This document shows, one piece after another, positions 1 to 10,151 of a DNA stretch of 38,591 nt. The notes under the pieces are model-generated. The model worked only from the letters and a program-made list of their open reading frames with translations. It was not told where the DNA came from and searched no databases. The translations under genes and the position numbers were made by a program. Position 1 is the stretch's first letter. Each line of letters starts with the position of its first letter. Source of the DNA: a virus (taxonomy: Duplodnaviria; Heunggongvirae; Uroviricota; Caudoviricetes). Location: the IMG/VR virus record IMGVR_UViG_2541047697_000006. One strand, written 5' to 3'.

Positions 1-1743
1 ATGAAATACTCTAACAGCAATCTTATTATAAAAATAATACATCTACTTTCACAAAAAAGAGATGGTCTGATTTTGCTTGATGGGAACTGGGGTACAGGAA
101 AGACTCACTTTATCAGAAAAAAATTTCCCAAGTACTATGATAAAAACATTTTCTATTATATTTCCTTACTAGGTGTTAAATCCTTATCAGATTTCAAAGC
201 TAAAATTATAGATTGTTACTACCTGCAAGATATACAAACATTTAAATCCGGGCTCGAAAGTCTATCAGGGATAGGTAGCATTGCCAGCGGCTCACCTGCA
301 AGTGCCAATATTATTAACAGCATGTTTAATTCTATTGGTGCAAGTGTTAGAGAAAACATTTTATCAAAACTGGATGGTATTTTTATATTGGATGATATAG
401 AGAGAATATCCGAAACATCATTAGTTAGTGAAATTTTGACATATTGCCATTCTCTTTATATGTCCGAGATGAACTCAAATTTAGACTTTATTATTATTAC
501 CAATACATCAACTGAGTCTGGTTTAAAAATAGAACACAAGGAAAAACTCATTGCAGAAACACTTCATTATAATCCGCATCCAGAGGAAATATTGGATATA
601 GATATAATAAATGGAAAGCTTTCCCAATTCCCACAGGAAGATAAAATTCTCTTTGAGGATATAGTAAAAAATAACAACATAGTTAACATCCGTATTTTGA
701 TGCGTATTTTGGACACAGCTACGCCATTATATGAATACGTTAAATCATATCCTCATCTTTCTTGGAGAATACCATCAACAATTCTTTTAAACTCAATATG
801 CTCTTTCTTCATTTTATTATTTTTGCATAATCACTCTCTTGAGGAGCTTCTCAAGGACCAAGATCCAACATTTTTATTAAACACCGAGGAATCAAGTGAT
901 AGTGAGAGAGTGCTATGGTTAGCATTGAATAATTACAAAATAAAACCTGAGATTAAAAGGTATTATAGCGGACAAGCTTCATTAAATGACATATTGGATG
1001 TTTTGTTTTATGAAGCAAAACCGCTTACTATGAGAGAAATTGCAATATCAGTACGTCCAGAATTACATGAGATAAATGAAAAGGAACTTTCAAATACACT
1101 TGTCGACTTAATTTGCCGTAAGATTGATTGTAATTTCTATGAATGGATAAAAGCGTTTCAGAATTATGAGTATTTAACCACACATAAATACCTACCAAAA
1201 TCACCAATTATAACTCTAAAGTTTGTCACTTCGATTCTGAACGGATTCACTGACAATGAAGTTGCAGAATGCTTTGAGCTATACTCACTTGATAGAAAAA
1301 ATAGCTTAAATAGTGGTTTTGAAGATAGCAAATTGCTGTACTCAATTTCATTTTACCGTTATAAAAGCACAATCAAAATGCGTGAGCTCAACACTATTAG
1401 GTTGCAATTAGAATTGAATGGCTGGGCATCATTCAATGCTAACCAATTAACCACTTTAGATCCATTCGGAAATTATAAGCCGCTTGAAGTGCTTGGTGTA
1501 TCATTTGTAACAAAATGCGTTTTAAAGAATTGGGCAGTTAATGATATTGAGCAATTTAGTTCTTTCTTGCGTAGCAACTATCAAATCAGCAACATAAAAC
1601 AATTCGCCACTAATGAAAAAAACAAACTTATTTATCTTAGTCAAAAACTTGATATTTTTTGCCTTTCCTATAAAGAAAGCTTTAAATTTGGAGCCATATA
1701 CGATCTAAACAGAACAGTTAAAATTGCCATTAACAAATTATGA
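1..1743 (+). CDS. KAP-family P-loop NTPase (candidate abortive-infection/defence protein)
   Basis: Walker A GNWGTGKT at residues 28-35 and Walker B-like FILDDIER about 100 aa later, the N-terminal layout typical of KAP NTPases (PifA group). Very AT-rich compared with flanking phage genes. ORF starts exactly at window position 1. Confidence 0.6.
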   Translation: MKYSNSNLIIKIIHLLSQKRDGLILLDGNWGTGKTHFIRKKFPKYYDKNIFYYISLLGVKSLSDFKAKIIDCYYLQDIQTFKSGLESLSGIGSIASGSPASANIINSMFNSIGASVRENILSKLDGIFILDDIERISETSLVSEILTYCHSLYMSEMNSNLDFIIITNTSTESGLKIEHKEKLIAETLHYNPHPEEILDIDIINGKLSQFPQEDKILFEDIVKNNNIVNIRILMRILDTATPLYEYVKSYPHLSWRIPSTILLNSICSFFILLFLHNHSLEELLKDQDPTFLLNTEESSDSERVLWLALNNYKIKPEIKRYYSGQASLNDILDVLFYEAKPLTMREIAISVRPELHEINEKELSNTLVDLICRKIDCNFYEWIKAFQNYEYLTTHKYLPKSPIITLKFVTSILNGFTDNEVAECFELYSLDRKNSLNSGFEDSKLLYSISFYRYKSTIKMRELNTIRLQLELNGWASFNANQLTTLDPFGNYKPLEVLGVSFVTKCVLKNWAVNDIEQFSSFLRSNYQISNIKQFATNEKNKLIYLSQKLDIFCLSYKESFKFGAIYDLNRTVKIAINKL

Positions 1744-2223
1744 GAACATCCACTTTACCAAAAAATCATTTTTTGGTGGGGTAATACCTGGCGATTAACA
1801 AATCTGAAAACAAAGCTCTAATACAGCGGCGAAAGCACGATTTACTTGTGTATATTTAGTTCAAGACGTGCTTCGCCGTGCATCTCTCACCATTTCCCTC
1901 CAGAGCAACATTAAAATACTTCATATAATATAGATATAAGTATCATCTAGCCAAAAACCATTTGAATCCACATGCATTCCAGCTTTTATTGATACTCTAT
2001 CTGATATATCATCCCACCAATTCAGCCATTAATGCTATGACAGGAATTCTAGTTATTCATCATTTTGAGCTGATGATGTAATAACGCAACTCATTAATAT
2101 CTAATGTTTTTTCACTCACCCCTATTACTTCTGTGGCGCTTGCAAAAAATCATTCAATCTGAAGCAGGTAATTAATCTCGCCACTTACTATCAGTTTCGG
2201 GAAAGTACACTAAACATGCTTTT

Positions 2224-2517
2224 TCACCCAAGATTAACTAACCGCCAGACCAGCAGACACGCCACCACCGGCGCAGCAAAATCCATCAGGCTTGCCACAT
2301 CCCACGCGCGCGGATCAAAACCGCCCCACCACGGCATATTCATACGCTTGCCATGCCCGAACATTTCAATCCAGCGATATTCTGCCTGGGTGTGTTCCCG
2401 CGCAATGAAGAACGTACAACCGGCTATCGCACCGTAAGCCCAGTTTCCGGTAAAAAGACCACCCAGTACCTGTGCGACCACAGCGCAAAGTGCGTGATGA
2501 ATTGGGGTTTTATCCAT
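2224..2517 (-). CDS. Small two-TM membrane protein, translationally coupled to tailspike
   Basis: ATG immediately follows the tailspike TAG stop. Two hydrophobic stretches (ALCAVVAQVLGGLF..., FAAPVVACLLVWRLV). Overlapping + strand ORFs treated as antisense artefacts. Confidence 0.5.
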   Translation of the reverse strand: MDKTPIHHALCAVVAQVLGGLFTGNWAYGAIAGCTFFIAREHTQAEYRWIEMFGHGKRMNMPWWGGFDPRAWDVASLMDFAAPVVACLLVWRLVNLG

Positions 2518-5103
2518 CTACTCTATCTCTTTTGCTTTTTTAATTATCAATTCAAGCTCTGTTAAACGAGATTCAATACGTTCACACCTTCTTCGCTGGA
2601 ATGCAGCCTCCAACCACAAACATTCATCTGGACGCAATCCCCAACGCTCACCAGCATGTACAACCAGTTCCGTTTCACCAGTATCGTATTCTTCAAAGTA
2701 TTCGTGAACGATGTCTTCTCCTTCAGGGGATTTAGCTATAAATGACACCTTGCGCTGTGCCATTACAGGTTGGTACTCATCATCCCATTTATCATGACAT
2801 AGCAAGCCAAATCTTGTTCCATCTATCCCCTTTGCAAGAAACGCATCTCTTACCTGCTGTGCAATTGCTCCGAAATGCCAACGAGCAGTATCCGAACCTT
2901 TAGCCTTAATATCGGACAACCACTGGTAAACGATAATATTTACGTCACCCCATGCGTCAAGAATTGCATCCTGATCCACCTCCATGATTTCTGAAAGTTG
3001 CTCTACTGTCAGTGGCTTTGTTTTCAATGTCTGGTCTGAAGTATTTATTGCCCCATTAGTTGCATATACTTGCGTCCACCGTTTAGATGATGTCCCACAT
3101 GATGACGTATTATCTTTATTAGCACTTATATAGCCATTAACCTCCGCTGACTGACCGATATACGAATATGAAGATGTTGATAAGGGAGATTTAAATATCC
3201 ATTGAGCATTGGTAAAGTCATAAATACCGGTATCACCTTTTTCACTAACATGAAAAGTTACATTCCGTAACGTATTCTTTGCATCATAACGGGCGGCTTG
3301 TGTTGTTGCCCTCGAAACAGTGAATCCTTTGTCATCAAGGTTTGCCTGCTCTATGACTTCACCACCAGGCATAATTTTACCAAGGCTTAACAAACCAGAG
3401 TTAGTGACAATATCATGGGTTGAATCAATGATAATACCAGGCTGATTTCTTGATGTTGTTTTTACATGCATGACCTGTTGTGGCATTAATGTGTAAAATG
3501 TAGTTTCTCGCCCACTATCACCATCTGGTATGCCATTTGTATTCCCCATTACAAGGTCATACCCACCTGCAATCATACGGAAAAACATTGCTTCTGGTTC
3601 ATATGTAAGATTGCTAACATCTGGCGTTCCGGTATCATTTGGATCTGCTATTTCATAGGCTCTTCCTGCACCTGCCTGTATTTGCTGCACCCCAAGATAA
3701 ACACCATCAAGTGTGTACTGATGCAAATATTTTCTGGTTGAAGAATATGCAGATCCAGCCTGACAAAAATAAATAGCAGTACCGTCACACGCAACTGTTT
3801 GCATATCCCTCACAAAATCGGCAATTTCAAATTCAAAAGTTGCTTCATTACGATAATCGTAATTGTACGCCTGCGGGTTAATAAATTTGCTGGTATCAAA
3901 TACTTTTACATAATAGCGAATTTGATCTGGTGTTGATGGGCTCTCACCAGGGCCAACATAACGTTTTGCTGTAGTAATCAGCCATCGACTCATAGGGTCG
4001 GTGCATAAAACATTTACCTGATTCTCGTAACCATCTTCCCATATGAGAAAAAACTCTGGTTCAATTTCACCACCATCAGTAGGGGTGAATCTGGTGATAT
4101 ACTTTGCGCGATCCTCTCCTTTAGCTGTGCCAGCTAACCCCCATATCTGTAACTGGCCTCTTGTGTTACGAAAACCAACGCGCCCTATGGTTAAACCAAG
4201 ACATTGATGTCCTAATTCTCTACTACCTTTAGTCTCCCAAAGAGGAGTTAACTCTTCATTCCCAAACCAATTATAAGCAACAACTTTATTAACTTCGTCA
4301 CCAGAACTAACGCTGCCACTCACATTTACCAAGCAATAAAGAACACTGTCATAATAATCAAGAACAGCACCCTGTATGACAGTATTTTTAATTGTTGCCA
4401 GTCGCAACCCTGACTTAACATGATTAGGAGTAGAAGGTCTGAAACCTGTATACATCCCCTTTTTTATAGTTTGTATTCTTTTTTCAGTAAAATCAGCATC
4501 TGGCAGTAATCGATTCTCTGTGCGAAAATAGCCATTTATATACTTATTTCCATCAAAAACTTGATCTGTTATATATGTATTACCCCTTAGATCAACAATC
4601 CTTCCTGTGATTTGTTTTTCTAACTCTTGAAAAGATAATGTGTCATCGGTGATGCCATCACCTTTTGCTCCCCATCCGCGAGGGTCAGCGTCATCACGCC
4701 ACCGAGACATCTGCAATTCATGATATTTTTTAGCACCTTCCGGGTCTTCTAATTGTTGTCTTAATTGGTCAGGATCGTACTTAAGCACATTCGGAAAATA
4801 GAACTGCTGCGTACCATATGCATCGTAAACAGCCATAGAATGGCCTTGCACGGTAACGAATTTGGAAATCTGTCCGTTGTATACCGGGTATCCAGCAGCA
4901 TTGATAACGATTGGCTGTGGCACCTGAACATAAGTACCATCTTCTCGTTCCAGATATACTGGAATCTGGTTTTCTGGATTTACCGGATCTGTGTCAATCT
5001 TACCGATATAAATTTTTCCATTTGCTACGGTTTTAAAAGAACTAGCCATTGTGAAGAGTTGCGATGGCATACCTATCACAACATTTGGGGTTATATCAGG
5101 CAT
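2518..5103 (-). CDS. Tailspike protein: P22 gp9-type head-binding N-domain, beta-helix-like central domain, C-terminal intramolecular chaperone (peptidase S74-like) domain
   Basis: N-terminus MPDITPNVV...[21 protein letters not shown]...[13 protein letters not shown]...NVLKYDPDQ matches the P22 tailspike head-binding domain as recalled. [11 protein letters not shown] motif. C-terminus has NTSDQTLK followed by about 170 aa typical of auto-cleaving chaperone domains. Start chosen at internal ATG 5103 (AGGA upstream), not ORF-track start 5196. Confidence 0.85.
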   Translation of the reverse strand: MPDITPNVVIGMPSQLFTMASSFKTVANGKIYIGKIDTDPVNPENQIPVYLEREDGTYVQVPQPIVINAAGYPVYNGQISKFVTVQGHSMAVYDAYGTQQFYFPNVLKYDPDQLRQQLEDPEGAKKYHELQMSRWRDDADPRGWGAKGDGITDDTLSFQELEKQITGRIVDLRGNTYITDQVFDGNKYINGYFRTENRLLPDADFTEKRIQTIKKGMYTGFRPSTPNHVKSGLRLATIKNTVIQGAVLDYYDSVLYCLVNVSGSVSSGDEVNKVVAYNWFGNEELTPLWETKGSRELGHQCLGLTIGRVGFRNTRGQLQIWGLAGTAKGEDRAKYITRFTPTDGGEIEPEFFLIWEDGYENQVNVLCTDPMSRWLITTAKRYVGPGESPSTPDQIRYYVKVFDTSKFINPQAYNYDYRNEATFEFEIADFVRDMQTVACDGTAIYFCQAGSAYSSTRKYLHQYTLDGVYLGVQQIQAGAGRAYEIADPNDTGTPDVSNLTYEPEAMFFRMIAGGYDLVMGNTNGIPDGDSGRETTFYTLMPQQVMHVKTTSRNQPGIIIDSTHDIVTNSGLLSLGKIMPGGEVIEQANLDDKGFTVSRATTQAARYDAKNTLRNVTFHVSEKGDTGIYDFTNAQWIFKSPLSTSSYSYIGQSAEVNGYISANKDNTSSCGTSSKRWTQVYATNGAINTSDQTLKTKPLTVEQLSEIMEVDQDAILDAWGDVNIIVYQWLSDIKAKGSDTARWHFGAIAQQVRDAFLAKGIDGTRFGLLCHDKWDDEYQPVMAQRKVSFIAKSPEGEDIVHEYFEEYDTGETELVVHAGERWGLRPDECLWLEAAFQRRRCERIESRLTELELIIKKAKEIE

Positions 5104-5454
5104 ATTAGTCATCCTGTTTGAAGATTTAGATATTGAAGAAAACGGAATGACTGCAGACAACGATGCAATTGTTTTGAAAAATAACCTTCTATTCATTTAA
5201 AAACCATGCAACATGAACAAAACGATTATTTTACAATACTCAAGAATCTTGATCAACAGGCATATTATTTATGCGCTTAATGCGTCACTTACAAAAATAA
5301 AAACAAGTAATACCTTTATTCCTATCGTCCATGATTTTTATTTTCAAACATTATTAAATAACAATTCCTATTTATAATATCTGTCATTTAATTTTCTCCA
5401 AATACAAGGAATCGCCGCAGCATTGCCGCAGTGATGTATTATTAATCAAAAAGA

Positions 5455-5471
5455 TATGACCACCGTGGTCT
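5455..5471. promoter_or_regulatory. Candidate Mnt operator: 13-bp palindrome GACCAC-C-GTGGTC about 65 bp upstream of the mnt-like gene
   Basis: Perfect inverted repeat around a central base at 5457..5469, resembling the P22 O-mnt core (CCACGGTGG) as recalled. Confidence 0.4.
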
Positions 5472-5534
5472 TATTGAGGATGCAACCAACAGATAATAAG
5501 ATGCCGATCCACTCACAAAAGCGAGGCATCAAGA

Positions 5535-5693
5535 ATGGGAAGAGATGACCCGCAATTTAATCTGCGGATATCTTACGAATTAAAGGAAAAACTAAAACAG
5601 CGAGCCAAATCCAATGGCCGCTCTCTTAATTCAGAATTAGTTCAGATAGTGACTGATGCTGTATCAAAGCCATCCAAAATTTCAGGCTATTGA
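5535..5693 (+). CDS. mnt: Mnt-like ribbon-helix-helix repressor, interrupted by in-frame TGA at codon 53 (homology continues in frame to 5786)
   Basis: MGRDDPQFNLRISYELKEKLKQRAKSNGRSLNSELVQIVTDAVSKPSKISGY then TGA then DDAERIADEQSDLVKKMVFDTLKDLYKKPT; matches P22 Mnt (83 aa) as recalled, with Arg at the TGA position. Confidence 0.6.
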   Translation: MGRDDPQFNLRISYELKEKLKQRAKSNGRSLNSELVQIVTDAVSKPSKISGY

Positions 5694-5885
5694 GACGATG
5701 CGGAACGCATCGCTGATGAGCAGTCCGACCTTGTTAAGAAGATGGTGTTTGATACGCTGAAGGATTTGTACAAAAAACCCACCTGACGGTAGGTTAATTT
5801 TTGCATTTACCTGGGCCATATTGACTACTTATAAAATGAGATCAATATTTAATCGCCCAATAACGGGTGTATGTTGAGGTATATC

Positions 5886-6065
5886 ATGGCGAAAAAACCA
5901 GGTGAAAACACAGGAAAAAACGGCGGAATATACCAAGAAGTTGGCCCGCGCGGCGGTAAGAAAGACAATTTTGCCACCGTCAAGGACAACGAAAGGCTTC
6001 CACCAACAACAAAGCCAGGTCATGGCTGGGTATTAGATAAGCGAACTCCAGACAGCAAAAAGTAA
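5886..6065 (+). CDS. Small Gly/Lys-rich hydrophilic protein, unknown function
   Basis: ATG 5886 with GAGGT 6 nt upstream; 59 aa MAKKPGENTGKNGGIYQEVGPRGGKK...; followed by a hairpin terminator. Confidence 0.5.
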   Translation: MAKKPGENTGKNGGIYQEVGPRGGKKDNFATVKDNERLPPTTKPGHGWVLDKRTPDSKK

Positions 6066-6071
6066 TAATCA

Positions 6072-6094
6072 AGCCGGGTCACTCCGGCTTTTTG
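6072..6094 (+). terminator. Rho-independent terminator (stem AGCCGG/CCGGCT plus T-run)
   Basis: agccgg-gtcact-ccggct followed by ttttt, directly after the 5886..6065 stop. Confidence 0.6.
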
Positions 6095-6444
6095 ATATGT
6101 CGCTCGCAGAACTCAACAAGCCTGCTCATTAAGTAGCAGTAAGTCTCGTTGGCTCTTCCTGGTTCAACATCAACACCGACCCTTGAGCAGATATCGAATG
6201 CCATGTGAGCGCACTCATGGGCAATAGTAGATAGTTTGCCATTGAACACGCCTATCACATGCAAAACACCATTCTCGCTGCTCATTGTATGAGACGCTCC
6301 GTTGGCATCCGAGTCCTGCACGTCCACACCAAGTTTTTGATGCAGGCGTTGCCATTCTGGAAAGTCTCTACAAAACACAATTGTACCGCTCTCAAAGAGC
6401 GGAACGAGCATCTTTGGTACGTTTCCAATATTAACTTTTTTCAT
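6079..6444 (-). CDS. Small HEXXH-motif protein (putative Zn metallopeptidase, possibly ImmA/IrrE-like)
   Basis: 121 aa from ATG 6444 (AGGA upstream). Motif IAHECAHMAF with downstream E...ANETYCYLM. No confident family assignment. Confidence 0.45.
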   Translation of the reverse strand: MKKVNIGNVPKMLVPLFESGTIVFCRDFPEWQRLHQKLGVDVQDSDANGASHTMSSENGVLHVIGVFNGKLSTIAHECAHMAFDICSRVGVDVEPGRANETYCYLMSRLVEFCERHIKKPE

Positions 6445-6474
6445 GGTATCCTGCACAAAACTAAGGAGGTTGGT

Positions 6475-6864
6475 GTGAAGCAATTTCTTGCTGCTATGTT
6501 CTTATTCATATCTTTTGGGGCTACAGCAGAGTGCTGGGTCGTTGGAGATATGCGGGGAATAAGCTATTCAGAACGAAATAATTTCCATCCGGAAGAAGAT
6601 GGTTTTAGTGGAACATTCATCATTAAGACAAGCGGTGAAGATGCCAGCATCACATATTCTGGGACAGATGCGGGCGGCATGGCTTACAAAGCATTGTCTA
6701 AAAACTCCATCATAGGAATCGGCGCGAATGGCGAAACTCAACGCGTTATCGACTCATGGGTAATACATCCTACTGGAACAGTTTTAATGTCAAAAACCAT
6801 TTCCGGTTATGGAAATATGGATTCAACCAAAGCTTTTGTTGGAAAAGTAAAAAGAAAATGTTAG
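6475..6864 (+). CDS. Secreted/periplasmic protein, paralog of the cI-coupled gene at 30863..31267
   Basis: GTG start 5 nt after a strong AAGGAGG. Signal peptide MKQFLAAMFLFISFGATA, mature N-terminus ECWVV, C-terminal STKAFVGKV...C. Shares ECW / YSG / YKALS / SW.I / STK.FVG motifs with the 30863 protein. Confidence 0.55.
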   Translation: MKQFLAAMFLFISFGATAECWVVGDMRGISYSERNNFHPEEDGFSGTFIIKTSGEDASITYSGTDAGGMAYKALSKNSIIGIGANGETQRVIDSWVIHPTGTVLMSKTISGYGNMDSTKAFVGKVKRKC

Positions 6865-6888
6865 CGATTGAATCCAATTTCCCATACG

Positions 6889-8730
6889 TTACTGCTGTGT
6901 TGCCTCAGTAGCAAACAGCGGTCTGATGGCATTCGCAGCGTTATTTAGCGCTCTTTCATAGGCTGGTGTTCCTGCTTTGGTGTTTGCCAAACGAAGAAGC
7001 ATATTCCTTGCGGCTTTGGACTCATACAAACGCATCATTGCACCAAAGCCAGCCTCAAGCCCCATTGATACTCCAAGAGTCGCAGTTGCGCCAATCGTCC
7101 TTATCCTGTTGGCTTGTGATTGCCCCGTCTGAGTTACTACATTTGCGGTGTCTGACCTTGCTGTTTGCTGTAGAACTTCATGAAGAGCATCAAGCTCTTT
7201 CATGTGCTTTCCAGAAAAAATAGTGTTGTAAATTTCACCGCCTGACTGAGATTTAAGCTTATTAACTTCAGTGATGAACTTGGCTGGAGAGTCACCGGCC
7301 TTTTCCGCTATTTTGCTGACGTAAGCTGCACGCATAGCATCTTTCCCTTTATCATCCAATGCGCTCCAGATTCGTTTCACGTCAGATGGCTTTCTGCTTA
7401 ATACAACGGTATTTATAAGTTCAGGACTGGCTTCACTGCTTGCCTTGTTGAGCTTGTTAGCAATGTTTTTATTAAGCACCTTATTATAAACGTTTGCATA
7501 ATCGGAGTTTGCTTTAAGGTATTTTGCTGCGTCTGATGCACCGAGGTTTTTTGCAACTGCGTTACGAAGATCTTTTGACATTGCATTCTCTACCATATTG
7601 GTAGCTGCTTTTGCCTGGTTGGGGAAGACCATAGCATCTCCCTGAACATTGGATCTAAATGCTGTTCTGTGCTGACGCAAGAGATCAAACGTAACATCCA
7701 AATCAGTTGCAGGGTTTGCTAATTCTTCACGTAGGTTACGCAAGGATGTAAGCAGGCTTTGATTGGCAGACGTCCCAAGCCGTTCCTGTCTTGCGATCGC
7801 TGTATTCAGAGCATTCATGGTATTTGTGGTATCAACTGCGGCATTACCCATTTTATTGGTGACGTCATTGATAACAGCGCCAGCGGCATCCTTCCGTCCC
7901 CTTAACGTGGTGGTCAGAGATTTCACCACATCATCAGGGTTGTACTCACCAAAACGGTCAAAATAATTGCTTACCAGCTTACTACGCGTTGCATATTGCT
8001 CCGCTCGCTTTGAGCCTGTCCCGAGCAAAGCCCCCTCAGCATCCTGAGTAAGTCCGCGAGTGAAAGCATTTTTCGGCGGGATAACATCAGATGTCATTGG
8101 TGTCACGCCCATCGATTCTGATGTGGCAATTTTCTTCGCCACTTCTGGCGCAATATCACCTTTTATAGCCGTTATTCCACGCCCTATTCCCTTTGCTGCT
8201 GCGGAAAGAACACCCTGAGCGGCAAGGTTAACTCCGGCATTTTTAGCTGCATTTTGTGCGAAATCACCTTTCTGATTTGCGGCCTCTGCCAGTGATCCAA
8301 TAGCCATGCTTCCTGCCGTTCCAACTCCTGGAACTAAATACCCGCCAATTGTTTCTCCAGCTTGAGCGTAGGGGTCTGTCGGTCTGTCTACTGGACGATA
8401 GACATCATCCAATACTTTTGGCCCACCAAGCCCCTGACTGATTGCATTAATCAGACTTGCGCCACCCTGCAATACGTCAAATGGTATGTTTACCAGACCA
8501 CGACCAGCCTGTTCTGCAATTTGCCCTGCACTTTGACCACCAGTGAGCCAATCGCCAGCTTGTTGCATCAATGATGGTTCTTCCCGTGTTGGTGCATTAT
8601 TGTCCTGATTAACTGTTTTTTGCTGAACAGCCTGACCAGCAAAATACTCATCAATGGCGGTGCCAATATCTTCCGTGCTCGTACCATCAGGGAAGGTAAA
8701 TGTCTTACCGTTTGCAGTTACTTTCATCAT
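6889..8730 (-). CDS. Ejection (internal virion) protein, P22 gp16-like
   Basis: 613 aa; position and length match P22 gene 16; Ala/Gly-rich. Confidence 0.75.
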   Translation of the reverse strand: MMKVTANGKTFTFPDGTSTEDIGTAIDEYFAGQAVQQKTVNQDNNAPTREEPSLMQQAGDWLTGGQSAGQIAEQAGRGLVNIPFDVLQGGASLINAISQGLGGPKVLDDVYRPVDRPTDPYAQAGETIGGYLVPGVGTAGSMAIGSLAEAANQKGDFAQNAAKNAGVNLAAQGVLSAAAKGIGRGITAIKGDIAPEVAKKIATSESMGVTPMTSDVIPPKNAFTRGLTQDAEGALLGTGSKRAEQYATRSKLVSNYFDRFGEYNPDDVVKSLTTTLRGRKDAAGAVINDVTNKMGNAAVDTTNTMNALNTAIARQERLGTSANQSLLTSLRNLREELANPATDLDVTFDLLRQHRTAFRSNVQGDAMVFPNQAKAATNMVENAMSKDLRNAVAKNLGASDAAKYLKANSDYANVYNKVLNKNIANKLNKASSEASPELINTVVLSRKPSDVKRIWSALDDKGKDAMRAAYVSKIAEKAGDSPAKFITEVNKLKSQSGGEIYNTIFSGKHMKELDALHEVLQQTARSDTANVVTQTGQSQANRIRTIGATATLGVSMGLEAGFGAMMRLYESKAARNMLLRLANTKAGTPAYERALNNAANAIRPLFATEATQQ

Positions 8731-10142
8731 TCCACCGTAAATTGAATGCCTGATTTTGAGGTATATGATCCAACCTGATTCCGTGGTTCTCCTGAAGGCG
8801 TCGAATCTTGTGCTGGCGCTGCGTCAGTATTCATTGACATATACCGCTTAACGGCACTCCCCAATGATTCACCTTTTTTAACATCCAACCCCAATATCTG
8901 ACCGCCATTACGCGATTGTCCAGGGTTGCCATTCGCGCTCATCCACTCGGCTTTAAACTCATTAAACTGCGCGTTTCGTCGCTCAAGGTTTGCCATTGCA
9001 TCAAGCCATCTTGCGACCGTCTCAGGGTTATCCATGTCAGTTGGCGCACCCTGTCGAACGATCTCAACGTCTTTATCCGTTGCTGGGCCGGGAGGTAGGA
9101 ATTTAAGAACCTGACTGTTAACAAGGGCATTTTGGCGAATGCGCAAATCACGCAATGTCGTATCACTTCCGGTAAGTTTTGCGAACATGTTCTGTGCGTT
9201 ACCGAACAAACCTGTCGTTGGTTTTTCTGCTCTGAACTGTTGAGCAAGCGCACTCATAGAATTGGCTGAGTTTGATGATGCTGTGGCATTGTTTACAGCC
9301 GTCTCGATGCCTTTTTCCATGTTTACTGACAGCTTAGGTGCTTCGCTAATCAACTGCTGAGCCTTTTCCTGCGCTTGCTGCATCTTAAACCCGAACTCTT
9401 GCTGATCCAGAGCCAAGCGTTGTGCTGCGATATTGTGCCCAGTCATTGCTGACTGATAGGAAAGGTTTTGCCCTCTCGCCTGAAGTGCTTCACCAGCCTG
9501 ATTGCTGCGGATTGTTTCTGCCAGCCTGCCTCGGTCAATTTCACGACCAGCCATCTTATCCTGAACAGCAAACGCCTTTTCTGGCCCAAGTGCACCGAGA
9601 GACATAGTAGTCAGCATGTGTGATAGCTGCTCTGGATTCTGGATACCTGTCTGAATCATCCAGTCAGCATTAGCGCCAACGCGATTTAACCTGTCCTTGT
9701 TGTCAGTAATGAATTTACTGTAGGCTTCCGGTCCCTGAGAAAGAGCGACGTTAGCTCTCATGGCTAAATCGCCCATATCGTTGCGTTGCTGATCATTAAG
9801 ACCTGAAAACGCCTGTTGTGCCTGTGCAACAAACGCTGGATTTTCCTGGGCAAACTTAAATAGTCCCGATGGATCACCAGAAGCCCATGCATCAGCATGA
9901 ACCTTATTGAACGCACTAATCGCTTTCTGTTGCTGTTCCTGATTGTAAATATCAGCAACTCCAGCCAGACCACGTAACGCGGTCAGACCAACGTTATTTG
10001 CACCTGATCGAGCCAATTCATTGTTTTCGCGGATCAGACCAAGCGTTGCGTTAATGTCGCTTGCCTTTGGCGCATTCTCATTTTGCGTACCGATGCCAGC
10101 CAGAAAACCACCAGAATTAATACCCTGTTGCCACGTAGCCAT
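8727..10142 (-). CDS. Ejection protein, P22 gp20-like
   Basis: 471 aa, same as P22 gp20; synteny. Confidence 0.75.
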   Translation of the reverse strand: MATWQQGINSGGFLAGIGTQNENAPKASDINATLGLIRENNELARSGANNVGLTALRGLAGVADIYNQEQQQKAISAFNKVHADAWASGDPSGLFKFAQENPAFVAQAQQAFSGLNDQQRNDMGDLAMRANVALSQGPEAYSKFITDNKDRLNRVGANADWMIQTGIQNPEQLSHMLTTMSLGALGPEKAFAVQDKMAGREIDRGRLAETIRSNQAGEALQARGQNLSYQSAMTGHNIAAQRLALDQQEFGFKMQQAQEKAQQLISEAPKLSVNMEKGIETAVNNATASSNSANSMSALAQQFRAEKPTTGLFGNAQNMFAKLTGSDTTLRDLRIRQNALVNSQVLKFLPPGPATDKDVEIVRQGAPTDMDNPETVARWLDAMANLERRNAQFNEFKAEWMSANGNPGQSRNGGQILGLDVKKGESLGSAVKRYMSMNTDAAPAQDSTPSGEPRNQVGSYTSKSGIQFTVE

Positions 10143-10151
10143 GATTACCCC

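Noticed and set aside
2216-2565. + strand ORFs 2216..2437 and 2353..2565
   Set aside because: Overlap the - strand membrane-protein gene, which is translationally coupled to the tailspike; the + strand ORFs lack RBS and start context.
5104-5196. In-frame upstream extension of the tailspike ORF encoding a twin-arginine-like signal ([21 protein letters not shown])
   Set aside because: No Shine-Dalgarno before ATG 5196, whereas the internal ATG 5103 has AGGA upstream and aligns with the P22 tailspike N-terminus. The extension is most likely untranslated leader.
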